DNA of 63,872 bases, counting the filler, from Perkinsus chesapeaki ATCC PRA-425 (Eukaryota > Protista > Perkinsozoa): the NCBI GenBank assembly GCA_013115145.1. It is 10 parts of 10 records of this genome, joined end to end, with 100 filler letters (N's around TTAATTAATTAA, not from the genome) between each part and the next. Parts side by side here need not be neighbours in the genome. Positions count along the whole stretch, not along the records: positions 1 to 2,541 come from JAAPAO010001581.1; positions 2,642 to 7,358 come from JAAPAO010001238.1; positions 7,459 to 17,096 come from JAAPAO010000930.1; 7 more parts are not named here. One strand, given 5' to 3'. The stretch's first letter is position 1; the number at the start of each line of letters is the position of its first letter. The notes beneath the pieces are model-generated. The model did no database searches. It was not told where the DNA came from and saw only the letters and a list, made by a program, of their open reading frames with translations. The position numbers and the translations under genes were made by a program. This document shows, piece after piece, positions 1 through 13,400 of the stretch.

Positions 1-2585
1 AATGTAAGCTGAATAAGAAGAAGCCTTTGTAGACTCCCTTCTCGCCTTGTGTTCGTCCATATGAACGAGGAACTAGCAACAACCTTACTAATAAATTCGC
101 ACGCCTTACGAGCATCCAGAGGATGGCCCTTTTTTTGCAGCACCCTGTATGTCTTTCGTCGACGACGAATCGTCGTTGCGCAGTAGTTCCTCCCTATCAT
201 AGGGACCCTATGGGCAGTTCGGCCTGTTCGGTTGTTGAGTTAACAATGTCGCCGCCCCAAAGGCGTTGCAGCTGCCCTACGCTGGCAGCTGCAAACAATC
301 TACCGCGCAGTGGGCAGCCTGCGTGCTGCAATATCGACATTGCGGTAAGGCTTAATGGTTTGTGGTACCTTCAGGAGTGACCCAGGTTCATTGCTAATGA
401 ATCATTGGACCTACTAGAGAGTTAGCTGACCTGGTCGTATCGCATGACTCGTGCGAATAACCCGAAACGGTACACAGTCCACTGAGTTCACTCCAGCAGT
501 TATGAACCCGTCGTGGAGGATCTCTTCGATTTCCTGAATAGGTCCAATACAGTAGAAGTCGAACTACCGCCGTACCTATCGTAGCATACGATTTGTACTA
601 GGTAATCTGCCCCTGGACCTGCTAAAGACACAAGATCTGAAGAAGAGTTTTTTATCAGATTGGGTTTTGATTTTCCGATTTTCCCGGCATTTTCAAGTAC
701 CGAATAAATAGTCGCCGGCATGAAGTGGGCAAAGCCCTGTTACACCACACAAGCCGAATTTGTCGTCACGCCAATGTGTAACGACTCATAGCACATACGA
801 AGGAGAAGGAATTACGAAGAGAATATCAAATACCAAAGACACAATTCGTATGCGTGACATTCGTGATATTGCTGCGCTAACCGTTACGCGTTGAGGCTAG
901 TGAGAAGGCTACTATAAGCACTAGTTGAATGCATTTGCTACTTGAAGCTCGTATCGGTACTGCTTTAAGGATAAACCCTCAAGATCATCTGTCACTGTAT
1001 TGGTAAACCTACCCTATCGTCTGTAGTGAGACGTGTATTGAGTTATTCTAGTACTTGGTCCGGCACAAGGAGCTCGTGCATAAACTAAACCTTAGCGTCA
1101 AGCAACAATATTGAATCGTGTTACCAGATAATTTTCTGATCTTCGGGTATGCGTGGGTGAAATTGTAACCGCCCGATGGTTCGACTTGAACCACTACAAA
1201 ATACCTCACTGGACGATCCTGGCGTTGTTGAATGGTGATCGGCGTGTACTCTGCTTAACTGGTATCCTCTCCCTTCTGTGGCTCAGATTCAAACCAATGC
1301 CGGAACACCGAAGCAGGCAGCATTCAATAAGTATATCGAGGAGCATGACTCGCGGGAAATCGACCAGCTAAAAAACGAGGTAAGCAGGTGGCATGTCAGG
1401 GATAAGTGAATGGGAAAACTCAATGAAAAGTTATTGATTCACTCTTGGGTTCATTAACTCAGAGTACACGAGATTCACTGGGATATGGGGCCGTTGGTTA
1501 CCTTGACCTTCCCTTTGTGCTGAAGAGCCTTTTCTTCATTGAGGAGAAGTTCCCGTGGTCCACGGGTCATCTAGTTCTTAAGAATGTTGAGTTAAGATTG
1601 TGCCACTGCGTTGCCCAATCTCAGGTCGAGACCTTCGCTTCTGGTTTCGAGCAGATTGGCAAGGCTCCGCATTAGTGTTTCTCGCTCCCTCGTCGGAGAT
1701 GGCCATACGATTTTTTATCCAGTCACCCGCCAACTTACGTCGTAGTCATTCTACTTACGGCAATCTGTGCTAAGAGTGTGGTGCTGTGTTGAGTAAATTA
1801 AGAAAACGTCATGCAAGACAGCATGTCTGTCGCTAATACTGTACCTACTGTAGTATCATAGGATTCGACGTGACGCACGACATGATGTTACCTTATTGTG
1901 GCGTGAACCCTTCAGGTAGCCTGAATCAGCCTGGAATAGTACGTGTCGTTAAGCTAGCCTCATAGGCCTACCGGACTCCACGCTATTATCTACGACTACA
2001 TTCGGGGGTGGTATGATTTGGTCTATAAGTCTCGGTTCAGTGGAATACCTTGTGTGATGCTTTGCTGGCGCGTACGTGCGAAGTGTTGTAAGGTAGCGGA
2101 GTTGCCTGCCGTGTAAGTCCCTCTGCTGCAGAGGCTCTCCTGTGTCCTGCTACAGGGCTCCTGTAAGTTGGAGGTAACCCGCTTAAGTCTTCAATCAATG
2201 GTGTAACACTAATACAATTTGGCGAGTAAACTGAAGGGTCTGAAAGTCTGCGATTAGTCGAGGCTATTCCTAATAGGAGCATCATTTGGCAACTCTGGAT
2301 TTGAATCGAACCATTTGTTAGTATCTAAGTCGTGGTCCACTCTTCTAAGTGTTCCCTCCAGCGTTGTTTTTTTCATATATGAGCCTCAATCCAGCTCCCT
2401 CAGTGCGAAACAGTAAACAGCGCAAACCACGGGCCCATGCTGGCGGTAGGCTTCGTCAGGAATCGCTTCTGCCATTTAATTTCATTCCAAGCTTATTGCA
2501 CAATGTGCTCTTCGCTTGCCATTGAGCCTTGATATCCGAGGNNNNNNNNNNNNNNNNNNNNNNNNNNNNNNNNNNNNNNNNNNNN

Positions 2586-2597
2586 TTAATTAATTAA
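2586..2597. other. Artificial contig linker (N-run + TTAATTAATTAA + N-run); also at 7403, 17141, 23106, 24830, 48094, 58155, 60959, 62663
   Basis: Identical palindromic six-frame stop 12-mer inside N runs, nine times. Confidence 0.98.
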
Positions 2598-2796
2598 NNN
2601 NNNNNNNNNNNNNNNNNNNNNNNNNNNNNNNNNNNNNNNNNAAAGTAATTTTGGGGCGAGCGAGGTATTTTTGGGGCGCCGGTAGCATTTTCCGGTGCCC
2701 AGTAAGCTTATGGCCTCCATACACTGGCAAGCTGTGTGAAGGGTACTATAACGTATCTTTATAGGATTGAGGTATTCACCAGCTGCTGCTGCCATA

Positions 2797-3587
2797 ATGT
2801 CCGCTACTAACTCTGAGTATCACGAGGCTGCTCGTAATGGTGACATGTCCACTATTAATGCGTAAGGGTGGTTAATCCTAGAAGGTGGCCTATTATTACT
2901 GATCATGGCTTCAGTGCCCCCAACCCGGAGGTCTTCAATCAGTTGGATAAGTTTGGTCGAACACCGATGCATGTCGCTGTTGCCAATAACCAAATGACTT
3001 GTGGTAATATAGCTGTATATAACCATTATACCATGCTCTGGCTTAAGCCTCAATGATGGCCGAGTGTGGAGCAGATCTTAACATACAAGATGTTAATGGT
3101 GATGCACCTTTACATATAGCTTGCAGAGGTAACCTACGGATGATGGTCTCCATGGTAATAACAGATCATTGAATGGTGATAAGCATTGTTGTTGTGGCAG
3201 CTTTTATGGGCTGGTTGTGATAGGAATATTACCAATAAGGCTGGTGATACCGCCCTTCATGTTGCAGCTAAGGGGGGATATGAAGATATTGTATGGCTAC
3301 TATGTGAGAATGGTGCTGAGGATAGCTATACTATCAAGAATAATGATGGTAATAGATTAGGTTTAAGGGGAAGGGTTCTTAACAATGGAAGCTACCGATG
3401 GGAAGGGGATTATGCGACTTTTAAAAAGCATCGACATCACATGCTCAAAACTACAGAACTGATGTCTAATCATTTAGGTAAGTTAGCCATTGATCTGGCT
3501 CGTGAAGCTGGACACACTGACGTGGCGGATCTACTAGAGAAGGAGATGGGCTCTGATGGCAAGCCAATCGAGCATCGCTCTCATTAG
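2797..3587 (+). CDS. Ankyrin-repeat protein, multi-exon
   Basis: Exons read MSATNSEYHEAARNGD, DKFGRTPMHVAVANN, QDVNGDAPLHIAC, NKAGDTALHVAAKGGYEDIVWLL and GKLAIDLAREAGH, separated by short GT..AG introns. Confidence 0.9.
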
Positions 3588-3686
3588 AGGTCCACTGTTT
3601 ATTCGTACTGAATTGCTCTTGTTTCTTTATGACCCTAGTGTTATGTTGTATAGTTATTATACTGTATAGTACCATACTCCCAACTC

Positions 3687-5780
3687 ATGCAGCTATCCCG
3701 GTCCGCGTGTGCTGCATTAAGTGGGATTAGAGCGCCGTCAGCCTTTCAAGGTCGACTATCGGAGCCGTCACGGTTCATATTGGGCATGACAGCTTTTGCA
3801 GGAGTGTCACTATGGGCAGTTACGAGTACTCGAGATGAAACTATATGTGAAGAGAGGTAGTATAGTGGTGAGGTATATAGGGTGTAGCATAGACGCAGAT
3901 CTAAGGCAGCAGCAGCAGCAGCAGTGGTTGCCAGGGATGTTAACACTCAGAATTTAGTAGATATGATGGTTAAGGAGGGAGGTAAGGTACATTCGGCGGT
4001 TACTATCACAGATAAAGGTCCGAAAGGTAATGATGAACTATGGTAAAGAAGGGGGGCTGAGTGGCGGTTAGGTATGGGATTGGTAGTCAACCAGTCTATA
4101 CCAACCGGGACAGCTTTAATAGCTATACCTAAGAAATCAAAGATACTTATCAATATTGACACTATACGTGATGATCCCGACTTCGGCCAGAGTGAGATTC
4201 CCTTTTTGTAATGGTGATTGATTGTGCATGTTTAGTTATATGTTTTTTGAAAGGAGCTGGACTGGATGAGCGTGGATGTCTGGCATTCTGGCTGGTATGT
4301 CAGAAATTAGTAAGACTAGGAGTCTATGGGGAAATATAAGATATTACAGGCTGCGTTAGAAGGGTCGACAGTTAAGACTAAATGGGCTCCATATGCCACC
4401 ATGCTACCTACTGCACGAAAGCTAAGGTAATAGCATTAATGGTGTGTAGAACTGAGGCTCAGGAACCATCCTTTATTGCTGGACGAGTCGACGCTGGCAT
4501 CTCTAGATGGTACTGCTTTGTATGCTTCAGTCACTTCTATGAAGGATAATGTCTTGAGGCAGCTTGGGTGTGTTGGATTGAAGGAGAATCGTCGGTATAG
4601 GTTTGGTATATAGGCACCTTCTAGACATACTTAGCAAACTAGAACTGAAGGGCCCTCCTGAAGCATTTACACGACATACAAAGGTTAAGCAATTATGGCT
4701 ATGGGCACATGCTGTCCTACTTAGTAGGAGTGGTTTTGGGCTTACTGGGGAGCCAGGTGATAGGGGTGTTATGGCTGGTGAGGGTAATACATAATATAAA
4801 GCTGCCAACGTACGTAGAATTGATCCGTCTTAGGCCTACTAATACTCCCCTTTGTTGACTTTGCTAATCATGACAGTAAAGGAGGGACTGCTGAGATTCG
4901 TGCTTCCTCTACATTGGGGTGGTTTGGAGGTAGATCATGTTAGCTACCTGAGTGCCATCAACTTCTTTGTAGGCTCATCTGAGACCATCTCCCTAGTTAC
5001 TAAACGGGACCTACCCGCTGGAGAGGAGGTAGGGATAGGCATTCTGATGCATCGGATTTACACAGCTGATAGGTTCTTATTTCCTATACTGGTGGGGATA
5101 TCCTTTCGGCAGAACAGAGCATGTTCACCTACGGCTTTCGTATGGACCGTAATGGGCTCCCGGACAAGTTTGCTGTATGAAGGTGTGAATGTCAGCTGCT
5201 TTGAAGAAGAGTGTCAGGTGCCCAGTGTGAGCAAACCTGGTGGTAGCGATATGAGAAATGTTATGAGGAGGCTGGTTCATATGGATATTACTGGCGATGA
5301 TGAAGGCGGCGGCGATCAAGCCGATGTTATAACTATCCAAAAGGATACGTAGCGGGGCTTCACTACAGGGATTTACTTGATTGTTATTAAGGTACCCGGA
5401 GGCATTGGTTGCTTATATGGCAGTGGATATCCTGGCTGAGAGGAAGGGAAAGCTTGAAAGTCTGTGTCAGGCATATTCCTCCACTGATCGTCATCAACAA
5501 GGAATGCCACCGCAGGTATAGCCAGTACTGCAGACCGGGAAGTCAGTTACGAACAGGTTAAAATATTGCTATCTTCTGTGAGAAGCGAGGCCGAAAGAAG
5601 GGCTGAGGCATTACTGCTTCGATGGTTACAATCACTCAACTCTAAATCTGCATCCCATGCGGATAAAATGTAACTATGTCTGAGATGGTTTGTCGTCGAT
5701 AGCCTAGCAGGTACCAAGAGTATCGAGATGACCTAGTTGAAGCTGTGGAGTCGGTTATGATGATATTACATAAAGCATGA
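3687..5780 (+). CDS. SET-domain lysine methyltransferase, Rubisco-LSMT/SETD3/SETD6-like, multi-exon
   Basis: ILPFVDFANHDS at ~4842, ISLVTKRDLPAGEEV at ~4990 and MFTYGF at ~5120 match LxPxxDxxNH / RDIxxGEE / YGF; the helical C-terminus ends ..MMILHKA*. Start and exon limits approximate. Confidence 0.75.
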
Positions 5781-5904
5781 TGTTACTAGAATGTTTCTTG
5801 AGTACCCAAATCTACAGTGTTCGACGAAAGTTAAGACACTACTACGCAACATGCACGAGGTGAAATGAAAAGCTCAAGGGTACACGGTTAAGTGAATTGA
5901 TATA

Positions 5905-6768
5905 TTACACCTGTTGGCTCATCAGCTCGAGAGCACGCTTCCTGTCGGCTGTCGATGCTACCTGGTCTTGACCGCCATTTTGGAAGAACTGTGTCTGGTT
6001 CAAATCCCTTACCAAACCCATCACTGATATACTACCCTGCAAAGTGCTTCATATTCTCTAAGTTGATTTTTAAAACCTTCATGTGGGGCACAGCAATGTC
6101 GTCGAGTTAATATATAAGCCAATGCTTCATCAGTAGTGATCCTATATCTGCTGCAGCATCCAGCCTCACAGTATAGATGATGCCAACTTACCTTGCCATG
6201 AGATAGGCAGCAACTAGCGTAGACGACCGAGAGAGCCCTGCGTTACCATGAACCTATATCAACATCAAGATATTATTCTATATAGATATTAACAACTTAC
6301 CAATACTTTGTTAGAAGAGTTAATTGATAGGGCTGAATGGATGAATTCACTAACTGGTTTAAAATGTCTTATCATATTTTCAAATGGGGAATCACGTGCT
6401 TCAACAATAAAGTACTGACAGAAAATGGGCTGTTACTGCAGCCAAGATTAGCCCTTTACTACCGTTATGCCTTGGTCCGAGAATTTATCCCTTAAGAATC
6501 GGCTCTCCTCAGCGCTACGTACAACTACCACCTAAAACCTGTGTAATGCAGAATAGCATCATACATCAATCACATGGGTGATGCCGGCTTGCTGGAGGTT
6601 TGATAAATTACGTGCACATCCAAAGGGGCCAAGATAAAGATTCGGTATTATCTCCTGCGCCTATGAATGATCCATTATTAACAAGGTATCCTAACAAGCT
6701 ACTACCTCCCGTTTCATATCGTAATCCCAGGCTTTAACAGGGGGCAATAAAGGGAAGTCATCAGCCAT
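5905..6768 (-). CDS. STYX-like dual-specificity pseudophosphatase, multi-exon
   Basis: Exons give WDYDMKRE, QEIIPNLYLGPFGCAR..QQAGITHV, EARDSPFENMIRHF, VHGNAGLSRSSTLVAAYLM and EALAYILTRRHCCAPHEGF; further 5' exons up to ~7100 are possible. Confidence 0.85.
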
Positions 6769-7199
6769 ACTTAAAAACTGCTAAGAATTTATCAATGTAT
6801 TCTGTCAGTTCATTAGGACGTAGTTCCAATCTACAAACAGTTACCTCTTTAGTATTATACCCAATTCTACCCTAGCTGCTGTTGAGCTTGATATTAGATT
6901 AAAATGCCTATCATTTCCAACCGTGGCTGTAATATTGTTAATATAGTAAGATAATAATAGTTGATCGACGAACCCCAGATTAAGATGTAATAGAAATGAT
7001 GAAGATAATATTTTAGAATACCAATGCAGGTGCAAATCTTGAAAGCAGCTCAAACTTCCATTAAAGATCACGGCATACCGCCATAGAGTACAATGTCATA
7101 TCCCCACCCACTTGACGAACGCGGTGACCAAAGTTGTACTAAAAGTTTCGCTCGCCGTCGACGGCGAAGTTCTACACCTTTTCAACGCCTATTTCGACA

Positions 7200-7358
7200 A
7201 TAGTAACTTCTATTTCGACAGGCGAGCGACATTTATGTTAAGATTCTCGTTTAGTAACTTCAATTTCACCGGGGAGGTGGTTTAGTAATTTCAAATTCAT
7301 CAGGTAGGTGGTTTAGTAACTTCAATATACCCTGGGAGGTGGTTTAGTAACTTCAATA
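7200..7358. repeat. Degenerate ~31-bp tandem repeat at contig end (core GGGAGGTGGTTTAGTAACTTCAA)
   Basis: TAGTAA(C/T)TTC occurs five times; the last three copies share GGTGGTTTAGTAA. Confidence 0.75.
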
Positions 7359-7460
7359 NNNNNNNNNNNNNNNNNNNNNNNNNNNNNNNNNNNNNNNNNN
7401 NNTTAATTAATTAANNNNNNNNNNNNNNNNNNNNNNNNNNNNNNNNNNNNNNNNNNNNTA

Positions 7461-10400
7461 GGATCCCCCTCTACACCATCACACCATACGCCTTTACACC
7501 TATCTACGACCACCGATTCAATTCCCGTACATTCTACCGGGATTTCCTTCCGAACCTCTGAGTTCAATGGCTCGTCATCTACGTCTAGACATGCTCTATC
7601 TGGCTCCTTATCTAATCCGGCTTGCTCTCCTTCCTCTACAAGGTCTGCTATGTTACGCCGACGTTCTCTACCTCCGAGAACACCATCTTCGTTGTGTGAT
7701 CTAACATCACCAACACAAGTCGATCGCTCTAGATCGCAACCTTCGGTATCGCCTTCTATATTGACATCGAGTATATTCATGTCGCCCATGGGTTCTAGTG
7801 TCTCTGAACCCACTAGTCAGTGTTCTGTATCACTGCATGAGGCTACCGACCAATCTATACAAGGAGCTCAGTATCAGTCTATTATCGACGATAACTATGA
7901 CGACGCTGCTATCAATGGAAATCCTCTAACACCATCCCGTACTAGTGGTGATGATTCTCAACTACCCTATACAGTTGAGCAATCAAACGGTGTTGAACCC
8001 CTATACGGTTCAGCTTATTCTAATCCTCTATCGAATTGTGGTATCACTCTATCTAGTGGTGGTCACAATGAGGTCTACGTTCCCAACAAGGATGGCAATA
8101 ATATATCTACAGTCGTTGCACTCTTCAATCACCGAGGTCCTAGTGATCTACATTCCCTCCAAGGTCATTCTAACACTTCTGGTGATAATCATCTAATTCC
8201 TTCTGTTGTACGTCAAGGGCAGTCACCTCTATTGGCCAGTCCTGCTCGTGCTAACAGTTGTACTTCTACGCCCACCTTTGGTACTACTCCTCCGGTGGCG
8301 CATATTTCTATCAGTTGCCCTCTATTGGGGACTGTCTATATGACCGGTACCACCCCCTCCAACAAGACCTCCAAGGGTAAGGAGAAGGATACTGGTACTC
8401 CACGCTTCTCATCTAGAATTGCTAGTAAAAGTGGTGGTTCTGGATCTTATGCGTCTAAGTTCGCGCAATCTATTGCCGATAAGTCTAACACTGGCGACAT
8501 CAAGTCTAAGGTTCCTCCTGCTGACCCTACCCAGGAGGATTCTATATCAGGTGGTCATGTTGAGACCTCTGAGTCATCTACAAGCCGTCTATCAACTACC
8601 GTTGTTTCTCTAACGGCTGACCCCAAGGCCTCCTCTACAACACCTACTGATAACTCTAACGGTGTTGATCCGTCTAGGAATGGTTTTACGAGCTCAGCCT
8701 CCGAGGGAGGTGGTCTAATACCGCCTTCAACTGGCAACGGTCAAGACGGCACTCTCGATGATCTAAAGATACCATCTATTCCCCCGGCAGGTCATGGTTC
8801 TATTTCCAGTCCAACGGGTGCCACTGGCTCTACTGTCACTGAGGTTCCTCAAGTATCCTCTAATATTTCTGGACCTACTGTACCCTATCCGGTTCCTGCC
8901 AATCCCCTTGTACTAGGAGGTCATCTACAACATGTTGATGGTACTTCTAACTTTCAATGGGGCTATGTACAAGGCCCACATGGTCTATCGCTTGTTCCTT
9001 ATCCTGTTACCACTACCCCTCCTATGGTGCCTTCTATGCCGTCTACTATATCTAGCATGGGTGATATCTACGGTAACGTTATGAGATCTCAGCCGTCATT
9101 TAGAGATGCTCTACCTCTTAAACAGCGTGACCACTGTTATTCTAGTTCTCGTCGTTCTAGTTGCTCTCGTCGCGAGGTTTCTAGGAACGAGAGGACACTC
9201 GACTCTCGCCATTCTAGTCGTTCTTCTGATAAGGCCTCTAGGAATGGGAGGGGCCACCGTTCTCGCCGCTCTAGAGATTCGAGTTCTGAATCCTCTAGGA
9301 GTAGGGAGGTCTGTGGTGTCTATGCTTCTAGTTCTCGCCACTCTAGAACTTCTAAGTCTTCTAGGGGTGGAAGTTCCAATGGTTCTCGGCGCTCTAGAGT
9401 TTCGCGTCCTGAATACTCTAGGAGCCGGGAGGACCACTATTCTACTTCAAGTGGTTCTCGTCACTCTGGAGGTTTAAAACCCTCTGGGAGTGGGAGTTCC
9501 CCTAGTTCTCGCCACTCTAGGAATTCTCGTAATGAAGCCCCTGGGAGTGGGAGGTCTAGTGGCCGACATCGTTCTCGTCGTTTGGAGCCAGCACATAGCT
9601 CTAAAACTTCAAGGTCCTCTACATCTTCTAGGCGTTCGTCTCTACTGTCTGAGGACCCTAATGATCAACCCCAAGGCCATGTTCGCCTCTCTGATGGTTT
9701 CGGTGTTCTGCCCGATCCACATCAAGGTAACCGCTTCTATCAACCCCCTAGTCGAGCTCCTCCATCCTATGGTTCTATCTGTCCCGGTTGTGGTTCACAA
9801 CCATGTAGGACTAGGATATCTATGAAGGACTTCGATGTCGCGCGTTCTATTTCTGAGAAGAAACCTCTCAAGCCGCGCTTCAAAGGTGAAGGTGATCTAC
9901 GAAGTGGCTCTACTATCGTTAGAGAGATCGACACTGTCCTCGAGGGTCACGATGCTGTCACTAGATATCTATGGGCCAATAGCAATATTGAGCCCTCTAC
10001 TTGGCGCAAATTGATCAAGGACATGCCCCCTCCGGCTAAGTGCTACCTCGACTATGAGAAGCATCTAGATCATCTATTGCGCCGGATTCGCTCGCTCTAC
10101 GATAACGATGACTCTATCGCCAAGGCCAAGGTCAACTTTGTTATGTGCGAGCAGGGTAAGTCTGAGAGTCTATCAGACTATATTAAACGTCTCGAGTCTA
10201 TTGTCACGGAGCTTCATCTAATGGGTATCATGACCTATGAGTATGATATGAAGCGCCGACTCTATGATGGTCTACAGTCTGATTATCTACGTGATAAGGT
10301 TGACAATGAGCTTGGCAACTCTAAGGTTTCGTTTGACGACTTCACTGAGCTACTTTCTAGTTACGAGCGTCGACGTCGAGGCCGTGTTCAACGACAAGTG

Positions 10401-13400
10401 CTCTATGACCAAATGGCTAAGTCCCACTCAGCATCTATTGGTGCGACTGAAGGCACTACACACACTGCTATTGACAAGAGCTCTAAGCCCAGGACTTCTA
10501 ATCAAGGTGGTTCACGATCTCAAGGAGTCCACTCTATTGCTTGCGCAGAGGATGATGTTGACTCTAATCCCTTCGATGCTCATGTCTATGCAGTGGGTGC
10601 TGACTCTATGTCTATACAGTGTTATAGGTGCCTAGCCTCCGGTCACCCCGCACGACTCTGCCGTGGCAAGATAAGCAATCTACGGTCTAGATGTTCGAAG
10701 TGCGGCAACCCTAACCATTCATCTAGCGATTGTCAAGTTCCTGATAAAGCCCTCTACTGTCAACGGTGCAGGACAAAAGGGCACTTGCCCTACGTTTGTC
10801 CCGCTGGTCAACCCATCCTGGACAATTCTAAGGCACCTTCTAAGGAGTCTAGACGTCTACCTCAACAACAAGGTAAACCTAATGCCAAGCCTAAAGCTTC
10901 AAACGGTCCTTCTACTCCGACCACTAATGCTAAGGTTTCTAATCAGAAAGGTGCCGCTAACCTGGTGTCTAGCAAGGACACTAGTTCTTATCTAAAGGTT
11001 TCAGCTGCTGATGGACCTGATCTACAGCTTGCTCATCCTAATGTGCTACACTCTTCGACTCAGCAGAGTTCTAGCTCGTACTCTACACCTCAGCCTTCTA
11101 AGGTGTCTATGGTTGTCGGCGACTTATCTATTTGCGGTGTCACTAGACCTGTGCTCTACGACACTGGAGCAGATGTTTCTCTCATTGCTATTAGTACTCT
11201 ACAGAAGATTACTAAGAAGAATTTGCTCTTTGATGACCCTTCTATTGTTGGTCATATTAATGTCGCTAACGGCTCTTCTCTATCTATCCTAGGCAAAGTT
11301 GAACTAAATGTAGGTTTCGGTTCTACTTTTGTTAAGGATACCTTTCTATTAGCCTCTAATGAACTTAGCACTCCGGTGATTATCGGTTGTTCTACTATGG
11401 CTAAACTCCGGACTACTATCTCTCTATCCCCAGATGGTGTCGAAGTTCTCATTGGTGACTATCGAGATATTGCTCAAGTGAATGCTATCGAGTCTAATGA
11501 TGGTCAACCTTCTATACGAGAACTAGACTGGGCACGTAAAGTTATGATTATGCACGTTGGTCACTATTCTAACGTTGTACCCAACCTCTATGAGGCCCAT
11601 GCATCCAAGTCCGGTACTCTATCTATGACTATTGAGCCCTACAACAACGTCGACTTCATGGGTTGTCTACTACCCCTCTACGAGGACCTCTATGATGATG
11701 CTGTGATCTACCCTAAGGACAGTGATATGATCAACCACGGTACGGTATCTACCTTTGGTTCTCTCATCACTGACGTCGACAGTGGCTCTCATGGTCACGA
11801 TCTACTTCCTCCATGGGAGGCTATCTCTAGGAGATGGGTTGAGGACTCTGCTGCGCCTCTAGGCCGTTCTCAACCTGAAGTTCCATGGAAAGGCGATGCC
11901 CGCCCACCGTATAACTTCTATTATGCGGCTAAGCGAGGATTAGCCTCTATTGCCCGACTAGATCAAGAACGTCAATCTATGTTCGAGGGTGCTCTAGCCC
12001 AGCTCTTGGACAAGGGTTTTTGTTCTATTGTCTGTGATCTACGTGAGGGTATCAAGAAACCTACGAAATCTATGTGCTCTAAGGCATGGTCTACCTTAGT
12101 CAAAGGCACTATCTATGAGGGTACTACTGCTCCTCTCCCGGAGCACTATACTCCCTCCCATCTAGTGTTTAGGCCCTCACACCCTTCTACTCCTTGTAGA
12201 ATTGTATTCGACTTTAGGGCTCTAAACCGCTTTTCTCTACGTGGTGGCTATCCCCAAAACCATCTAGTTGGCGCTATATTGGGGATACGCTCTAACCGTT
12301 TCTTTGCCGCGGGAGATCTATCTAAGGCGTTTTGTAGGATGTCTTCGAGTTCTAGCGACGTTCCCTTTGTAGGTTATACCTGCATAGGGCCATATGTCGT
12401 CTTATGGTCTAGAGTAGCATTCGGCTCTAGTGCTGCGCCTTGTCAACTTGAAGCATCTATGGAAGATGTCACTACGGAGATCGACGCCCTGTCTAAGCTG
12501 GCGGCTGCTTCATCTCTACCTATTGTTTTTATTAGTGATTTGCATCGAGACGAGGTAGAAGCTTGTCTTCTACGCTCGTCTGATGCGGCCTATCACTACT
12601 TGTCTAAAGCACCCTCTATACCTAAGAAGGTTGTACTCATCAAATTTGTGGATGATATCTACGCTGGTGGGTCTACTAAGTTAGAGGCTGCTAATAACTA
12701 CGATCTAATCGCCTACATCTGCAATGGTCACGACTTTCCCCTCGAGGATCTAAAGCGCTATGACAGTTGGACTATCGCTCTAGACTGTGATCAATCTGAA
12801 AAGCGCCAACATCTATTGGGCTATGACTTTACTTCTAGCAATGACTCCCTCTACTGTTCTTACTCTGGTTCTATTCCTAGTGGAGAAACTATGACTAAGA
12901 GACAGTCTTGCGGTATACTAGCTAGTTTCTATGATCCGCTGGGTCTAATGATCGAGCACGACATGTTTGCTAGATCTATTTGGCGCGATATCAACAAGTC
13001 TACTCCTACTGATTGGGAGGCTGTTATTCCCTCCTCTCTAACTAAGGCGGTTGGTGATTGGTCTACTTTGTCTAGATCCCTTTCTATGGCTACTCCTACG
13101 CCAAGATATGTACCGCTAGATCAACCTCTAGTACTGAGCACTGATGCTTCAGCTAATGCTTGGGGTGCTGATCTACGTTCTCAAGGCGATCTATCGGTTC
13201 GAGTTGCTGCTAGAGGCGGATTATTTAATTCTAGTAATCTTTCTTGGAGTATTCCTAGAAAGGAACTAGATGCTCTACATAGGGGGCTTATATGGGTGAA
13301 ATCTCTATCCCCATATCTTCCCTTGGTAACTCACTACTCTGAGTTTCAAGCACCTCTCAACGTGCTCTTCCCTCTATTTCCTGATCAACCTCTAACAGTC

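Noticed and set aside
1-2541. Genes on the first contig
   Set aside because: Exon-like fragments exist (for example 500-721 minus), but no consistent model or family could be supported.
2542-2641. ORFs ending in ..XXXXLIN and recurrent TTAATTAATTAA
   Set aside because: Artificial linkers; not biological repeats or proteins, and they break synteny between contigs.
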